From the human T2T-CHM13v2.0 reference genome, Homo sapiens: a DNA stretch of 64,000 nucleotides. The stretch lies in assembly GCF_009914755.1 (NCBI RefSeq), contig NC_060943.1; one strand, written 5' to 3'. Each line of letters starts with the position of its first letter. The first letter of the stretch is position 1. A program made the position numbers and the translations under genes. The notes beneath the pieces were generated by a model. It was not told where the DNA came from, did no database searches, and was given only the letters and a program-made list of their open reading frames with translations. Positions 52,880 through 64,000 of the stretch are shown in pieces.

Positions 52880-53163
52880 TGTAGGGAGATGTTGATCAAA
52901 CTACAAAATTTCACTTAGGAGAAATAAGCTTTAGTTATGTATTGGACACAATGGTTGCTATAATAAGTAATAGTGCACTGGACATTTCAAAATTGCCAAA
53001 AATGTAGATATTTTTAACCATAAAACAATGATAAGTATGTGAGGTGATAGCTTTTAAATTGGCATGACTTAGTAATTCTACAATGTAAACAGATATCAAA
53101 ACATCACATGGTACCCCATAAATATGTAACATATACAATTATTATTTGTCAATTTTAAAAAAA
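52880..53163 (+). mobile_element. L1MA-type 3' end fragment
   Basis: ataagtatgtgaggtgatag...aaacatcacatggtaccccataaatatgtaac...ttatttgtcaatt. Confidence 0.75.
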
Positions 53164-53230
53164 TAGAGGCTGGGAACGGTGGCTCACGCCTGTAATCCCA
53201 GCACTTTGGGAGGCCGTGGCAGGTGGATCA

Positions 53231-53587
<357 letters not shown>

Positions 53588-53827
53588 CTAAACTGGTGCT
53601 GGACGTTTCCACATACTCTTGCTCCCCATACTGGTTCCTCTGAACTCGGATTGTTAGACAGAATGTGAAAAGCTCCACATGAAAATCACAAGCCTGCCAG
53701 GCGCAGTGGCTTGTGCATGTAATGGCACTTTGGGAGGCTAACACGGGAGGATCTCTTGAGTCCAGTAGTTCAAGACTAGCCTGGGCAAAATAGCCAGACC
53801 CCTGTCTCTACAAAAATAAAAAAATTA

Positions 53828-53974
<147 letters not shown>

Positions 53975-53981
53975 CTATCTT

Positions 53982-54461
53982 TAAAAAGAAGAGAGAGAGA
54001 AAAGAAAGAGAGAGTGAAAGAAGGAGGGAAGGAAGGAGGAAGGGAGAGAGAGAAAAGAAAGAGAAAGACAGAAAGAAGGAGGGAAGGAAGGAAGGAAGGA
54101 GAGAGATAAAAAGAAAGAAGGAGGGAAGGAAGGAGGGAGGGAGGGGAGAGAGAGAGAAAGAAAGAAGAGGGAGAAAGAAAGAGAAAGAAAGAGGCAGGAA
54201 GGGAGGGAGAAAGAAAGAAGGAAAGAAAGAGAGAAAGAAGAAAGAATACAGAAAGAGAAAAAAGAAAAGAAAGAGGGAGAAAGAAGAAAGATAAGAGAGA
54301 GAGAAAGAGAAAGAAAAAGAAAGACAGAGAAAGAAAAGAAAAAAGAAAGAAAAAGAAAGAAAGGAGAAAGAAAAGAAAGAGAAAGAAGGAAGGGAGGGAG
54401 GGAAGAAAAGAAAAGAAAAGAAAAGAAAAGAAAAGAAAAGAAAAGAAAAGAAAAGAAAAAA
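53982..54461. repeat. Polypurine tract ending in a (GAAAA)n run, expanded Alu tail
   Basis: About 480 nt of almost pure A/G after an AluJ-like element. Confidence 0.92.
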
Positions 54462-55442
54462 ATCACAGGCAGCCCAGGCTGGGGAAAGGGCATGACACAG
54501 ATGAACTAGCCACAAAACAGCAGCTTCTTCTGGTGAGAGAGACCGCAAAGTGAAGACATTATGAAAGCCACGTGTCATGCAAGATGAGAAACAGCCCCAG
54601 TGGAGGACGGGGTTGACTTTCCTCTCCCTGTGCCCCTGACCTGATCCCCCTCATTGACACGTAATGAGCCCAAGTGTCCGTTCCTGCCCAAATTCTGGTT
54701 TGGGGTAGGGACAGTCAGCAGCCCAGGCTATGTCTGCCAGACAAGATGGCAGACTTGCAGGAAAATGCCAAACCGTCCGGGGGCTGTCACTCCCTCACAC
54801 CTGCACACAAGTGCTGCTGTGTATGTAGGGAACATCTACCCAGACCTCCCCTCTCCAAAAATGCAAGTTCTGTGTCCATCCGCTGTCTCCCCTTCAAAGC
54901 CACATTGAGCTGCTGGTCCCAATTTTCCCCCAGTTCTCCCTAAACCTCCCAAAAGCTCCTGGGTGAGCACACAGAAGCAACTATCATCTTCCTGAAACTT
55001 TCAGCTGCGGTGGCTTTTTCACTATACACTGCTGAGAAGATCAGGGACTAAAATCTAACTAAGTTGACGGAGGAGAAAGGAGACCGCTGTGTCAGAGTCC
55101 TCTGGTGGACCCTCCCCAAGAAAGACAATGTCCCCACTAAAGGACCCCTTCCCTAGACAGAGGGAGTCACAGAAACACCAATTTGCTTCAGGGAGGCAGT
55201 TCAAAGCAAAGGAACGAATCTTGCACCAAGAGGCAAGTGCAATTTGATGCAGTATTTCTTTTTTTTCTTTTTTTTTTTTTCCCCAGATGGAGTCTCACTC
55301 TTGTCCCTCAGGCTGGAGTGCAGTGGCACGATCTCAGCTCACTGCAACCTCCGCCTCCCGGGTTCAAGAGATTCTTCTGCTCATGCCTGTAATCCCAGCA
55401 GGCTAAGGAGGCTAAGCCTGGGAGGCTAAGGTGAGCGGATCA

Positions 55443-55679
<237 letters not shown>

Positions 55680-56256
55680 TTAGGGGCAGGAGGGGGGAGG
55701 ACACATGGGACATATGTCCCTCTGAAAGGGACACAAAAAAGTGCCCTATTTTATTTTTATTTTTTACTATGTATGTGTACTATCCTGTCAAAACTGACAT
55801 ATATTTGGAAATACATATTTTTTTCAAGTAGCTTCTTCTTTCATTTATTTATTTAGAGACAGTGTCTCACTCTGTCGCCCAGGCTGGAGTGCAGTGGCAT
55901 GATCTTGGTTCACCGTAACCTCCGCCTCCCAGGTTCAAGTGCTCCTCCTACCTCAGCCTCCTGAGTAGCTGGGACTACAGGCGTACACCACCATGCTTGG
56001 CTAATTTTTGTATATGTATATATACATTTGGTAGAGATGAGGTCTCACAATATTGCCCAGGCTGGTCTTGAACTCCTAGGCTCAAGAGATCCGCTCTCCC
56101 CGAGCTCCCAAACTGGGCATAGGCGTAAGCCACAATGCCCAGCCAGGAAATACATTTTTCAAAAGCCTCTGCTAGACAGTAAACAATGTTATTGATCAGT
56201 TACATGATTCTACTCCCAAATATTCTAATAATGACAGGCATCGGTGAGAGCTTTTA

Positions 56257-56397
<141 letters not shown>

Positions 56398-56625
56398 CTA
56401 TTCAAAATACAAAAATTAGCTGGGCGTGGTGGTAGGCACCTATAATCCCAGCTACTTGGGAGGCTGAGGCAGGAGAATTGCTTGAACCCAGGAGGCAGTC
56501 GTTGCAGTCAGCCAAGATCGTGCCACTGCACTCCAGCCTGGACGACAGAATGAGACTTCATCTCAAAAAAAGAAAAAAAAATTATCTTTGCCTTATTACA
56601 AAATCAATATGGGGCTCAGGGGTGA

Positions 56626-56784
<159 letters not shown>

Positions 56785-58057
56785 TGAGTAGCTGGGATTA
56801 CAGGCACACGCCACCACACCAACTGATTTTTTTTTTTTTTTTTTTTTTTAGTGGAGAAGCGGTTTCACCATGTTGGCCAGGCTGGTCTCAAACACGTGAC
56901 CTCCGTCTGCCTTGGCCTCTTAAAGTGCTGGTACAGGTGTGAGCCACCGCGCCAGGCCAGCTTTGCTCTTTTATGGACTATTCAACAAATTGTTAGCATT
57001 TCTCTTTTTTCTTTTTTTCATTCAACAAACACATGTCGAATGTCCCAGTGTGCCAAATCATAGGAAACCTGTTCTCGTATTAAATGAAAAAGCATCAGAA
57101 CATAGATGACACAAAAACCCCATCCCCTGTCCTCGAGACATCCAGGTTTAGCATTGTCCTCAGCCCCCAGCAGCATCCCCTCCTGCAGGGGGAAAAGAAA
57201 AGGAAAAAATCCCACAGTACTAGAAAATGGCAAGAGTAAATCTTGTTGTGGGAAACTTTTCATTCAGGTATATGCATGTCTTGGGTACTGAGCCTTACGG
57301 GAAATGTATTTCTTCTTAAAAATTCTAGTTAAAAATACTTCAAGTAACATTGCCCACAATAGTGGGACAAGGCAACAACACGTACTTCCCATTATGAGGC
57401 AATGAAAAAGACAAAATATTTGTGTAGCTTTCTTTCCATATATTACTAACCCTAGCTTGAGGTCATTCGATAAAATAACTGGCCTGTGCTCTTCAAAACT
57501 GCCAATGTTGGCCAGGTGTGGTGGCTAACACGTGTAATCCCAGCACTTTGGGAGGCTGAGGCAGGAAGATCACTGGAGATCAGGAGTTCGAGACCAGCCT
57601 GGCCAACATGGTGAAACCCTTTCTCTACTAAAAACACAAAAATTAGCTGGGTGTGGTGGCGCATGCCTGTAATCCCGGCTACTTGGGGGCTGAGGCAGGA
57701 GAATCACTTGAACCCAGGAGACAGAGGTTGCAGTCAGCCAAGATCTCACCACTGCACTCTAGCCTGGGTGACAGAGTAAGACTCCGCCTCAAAAAAAAAT
57801 AAAAATAAATAAATAAATAAATAAATAAAAGCCAATGTTGGGAAAGACACAGAAAACTGAGGAATTGTGCGGACTTAAGAGACAGCAGCATTCAAATGCA
57901 AAGTGTGATCCTAGATTGGAACCTTCGCCTAGGAAAAAAAATCTATATAGGGCAATATTGAGACAACAGATAAGATTATAGAAGACATTGGATTAAAATA
58001 CTGTATCAATGTTAATTTCCTGATTTTGACAACGGCACCAGTACCATCATTATGTAA

Positions 58058-58423
<366 letters not shown>

Positions 58424-59249
58424 TAAGGAGTATGTATCATGCCTGCAACTAACTCTCAAATAGTTCAGGGGAAAAAAATGTATATAATGTGTGTGCATAA
58501 ATATATTAGAAAGGTAATAAAACAAGTAGAATAAAACGTAAACAATTGATTGATCTAGATATAATCTTGCAATTTTTCCGTAAGCTTGAAACGACATCAA
58601 AACAAAAAGCGACCAATTTGTCCAAAGCAAGGTTAAAAGCCAGAGAAATAGGAGACGCAGCGCTGCATTGTTAAATGACTTGCGCACAAAAATCCAGTCA
58701 CTCTGACACTTTTTTGTTTGCCTCCCTTTTAAAGTTCAAATTAGTTTGGGTTTTTCTTAATTAAGAAGGTATGTGATAAAAAACAAAACAGAAAATACAG
58801 AAACCACCATTAAATGATTCGATAGCTCCACATATGTTAATAACATTTTGTTACATTCTTTCCAAAGCTTAAAACTTTCCGAAGTTTAAAAAAAACTTAA
58901 AAAAAAAAAGTTTAAAAACCTTTCCAAAGTTTAAAAAAAAAATACTCAAGATTTATGATTCCAAAAATTACTGCTTTCCAGAAATTTCCAAACGGAACAG
59001 TTGCGTCATGGGCCTGCTGGTACATTGACCACAGGGCCCCGCGGCTCTCCCTATAAGTGTGAGTTTTATAAACTCCTTAAAGTAATTTATTTTGTTTCCA
59101 TTCAAGGCCTTTCTCTCCCACACTGGCCCCAGACCCTGACCTCAGAGGTTCGAGTCCCCGGAGCCAAATTCCTCTAGTTGGAATCTAGTAAATGATTTAA
59201 TGGCAAAGGGGCAGGGGTTGGGGGCAGCCAAGGAGGTGAACTTTTGACA

Positions 59250-59663
59250 GCTTCGTGGTCAGCAGCGACGACCGCAGGAGCGCGTGTCCTTGAAGCGGGG
59301 AAGCGCCCCTTTTCCTTGCCTGACAATACCGCCCCACACGCGATGACGCCTTTGGAATAGAACTGCGCAGCTCTTTGGAGACATACGGCGCATATAGAGG
59401 CTAGAAAGGGAACAGAGTACCAGAGGGCCTTCCCGCTTCGGGAGCCGCAGGCTTCTTCTCTTCGGAGAGAGAGTGAGTGAGTGAGTAAGCGAGTGAGTGA
59501 GTGAGTGGGGAGGGAGTGAGTCCGTCCACGGGGGCGGGCCCTCTCCATGCTGCGGATCTCTTAGGAGATATACTGCGCACGCAGAGGCCCGGAAGGAGGC
59601 GGGGTCCCAGGGGTCTCCTCGCTAGAGCAGCCCCAGGATTGGCAGGTTCCAGAGTGGGAGTGG

Positions 59664-59696
<33 letters not shown>

Positions 59697-60066
59697 AGGT
59701 TCCAGAGTGGGAGTGTGTGTGTTTGGGTGTGTGTGTGTGTGTGTGTGTCAGATTCCAGAGTGGGAGTGTGTGTGTGTTTGGCAGGTTCCAGAGTGGGAGT
59801 GTGTGTGTGTGTTTGGCAGGTTCCAGAGTGGGAGTGTGTGTGTGTGTTTGGCAGGTTCCAGAGTGGGAGTGTGTGTGTGTGTGTGATTGGCAGGTTCCAG
59901 AGTGGGAGTGTGTGTGTGTGTGTGTGTGTGTCCCCAGGATTGGTCGGTTCCAGAGTGGGAGAGAGAGCGAGAGAGAGAGAGAACGAGAGAGAGAGAGAGA
60001 GAGAACGAGAGAGAGTGTGTGCGCGTGTGTGTCTGTGCAGCCCCAGGATTGGTCGGTTCCAGAGTG

Positions 60067-60102
<36 letters not shown>

Positions 60103-60830
60103 CATGGTGGGAGTGTGTGTGTGTCCCCATGGTGGGAGTGTGTGTGTGTCCATGGTGGGCGAGCGTGTGTGTGTGTCCATGATGGGCGTGTGTGTGTGTC
60201 TGCGTGTGTGCCCGTGTCTGCGTGTGTGCCCATGGGGGCGAGGGAGGGAGCCCTAGGCGCTCAAGGCTCCGCCCCCTCGAGCCGGAGGCCTCAGCGCAGC
60301 ACAAAGCCCGGGGCGCACTCCGCTCCGGGGAATCCGGCCCCGGCGGTTGCGGCGGCCGCAGCGCCGCCCTCGCGCTCAGCCAATGGGCGGGCGTGCTGCC
60401 GGGGCGCTGGCCCCGCCCCCCGGGTGCGCCGGGCTCCGCTCCCCAGACTGGCGCTCGGGCAGTGGCCGCCGCCGGGCGGTCCCGGCCAGAGGAAAGGGCG
60501 CCCTGGGAGGGCCCCTCGTGGCTGCAGACCCCGCAGGTCGAGTCTGCCACGGATGGAACTTTGGAAAAAGCTAGGGAAAAGGAGAAACCGAGCTTGCAAG
60601 GGCTCATCAAGCATCCACCGGGGTGGCTTAGGCTGCGCGCGGCGCTGGGCGTGTGCCCGGGAGGAGATCGGGTCACCGCGTGGCAGCTCCCGGGACTGCC
60701 GAGGGGCCCCCTGACCCCAGGCCTCCCTCGGGAGGGGTCCAGAAAGGTGCAGCGGCTCACTAGGGTCACACAGCAAAATTCCTCACATTGCAGGGGGGGA
60801 GGGTCCGCATCTCCGAACTCGCCGGGCCAG
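59250..60830. promoter_or_regulatory. Intragenic CpG island in intron 2 with promoter-like motifs
   Basis: Very high GC and CpG density at 59250-59630 and 60230-60830. GC boxes (59531, 59596, 60409), CCAAT (60380), ETS-type CCGGAAG (59589), NRF1-like TGCGCACGCA (59574). Confidence 0.85.
59630..60240. repeat. Compound minisatellite: TTCCAGAGTG core units separated by (TG)n/(GA)n, then CCATGGTGGG-type units
   Basis: Nine TTCCAGAGTG cores at 59647, 59700, 59753, 59786, 59821, 59856, 59895, 59948 and 60057, then about 5 degenerate ccatggtggg(tg)n units. Confidence 0.92.
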
Positions 60831-60924
60831 TGCACCCTCTATTCTCACCCACCACTCACCCAGAAAACGAGAACCATACTCATAAATACATTCTTAAAAT
60901 CCACAGGCTACGTTTTTGGGGTAA

Positions 60925-64000
<3,076 letters not shown>

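Noticed and set aside
58860-58945. Degenerate tttccaaagtttaaaaa repeats
   Set aside because: Short AT-rich slippage with no functional indication.
59630-60070. Repeat-spacer layout resembling a CRISPR array
   Set aside because: Spacers are (TG)n/(GA)n rather than unique sequence, lengths are irregular, the context is a human intron and there are no cas genes.

Overview
Human genomic DNA from inside INSR (insulin receptor, chr19p13.2), with the gene on the minus strand. The window runs from the 3' part of intron 2 (right end) to intron 13 (left end). It contains exons 3-13, located by translation and GT-AG boundaries. Their sizes (322, 149, 145, 215, 127, 251, 168, 202, 36, 275, 140 nt) match the known INSR structure, including the alternatively spliced 36-nt exon 11 (IR-A/IR-B) and the RKRR proreceptor cleavage site. 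The introns are very Alu-rich (about 90 elements or fragments by hand count) and also carry MER1A, MER20, MER58, MADE1, Tigger4a, MST/MLT/MER21 and old L1 pieces. Most notable observations: (1) a MER1A transposon whose 8-bp target-site duplication is the exon 6 splice donor itself; (2) inverted Alus with complementary expanded tails bracketing exon 11; (3) a 1.64-kb UG-rich tract with a 640-bp internal duplication ending about 45 nt from the exon 10 acceptor; (4) an intronic CpG island with promoter motifs, split by a CCAAT/NFI-bearing minisatellite; (5) a local direct duplication flanking exon 4. No novel protein-coding system is supported; the long ORFs in the track come from repeats. Repeat family names are from recalled consensus sequences and need RepeatMasker confirmation.
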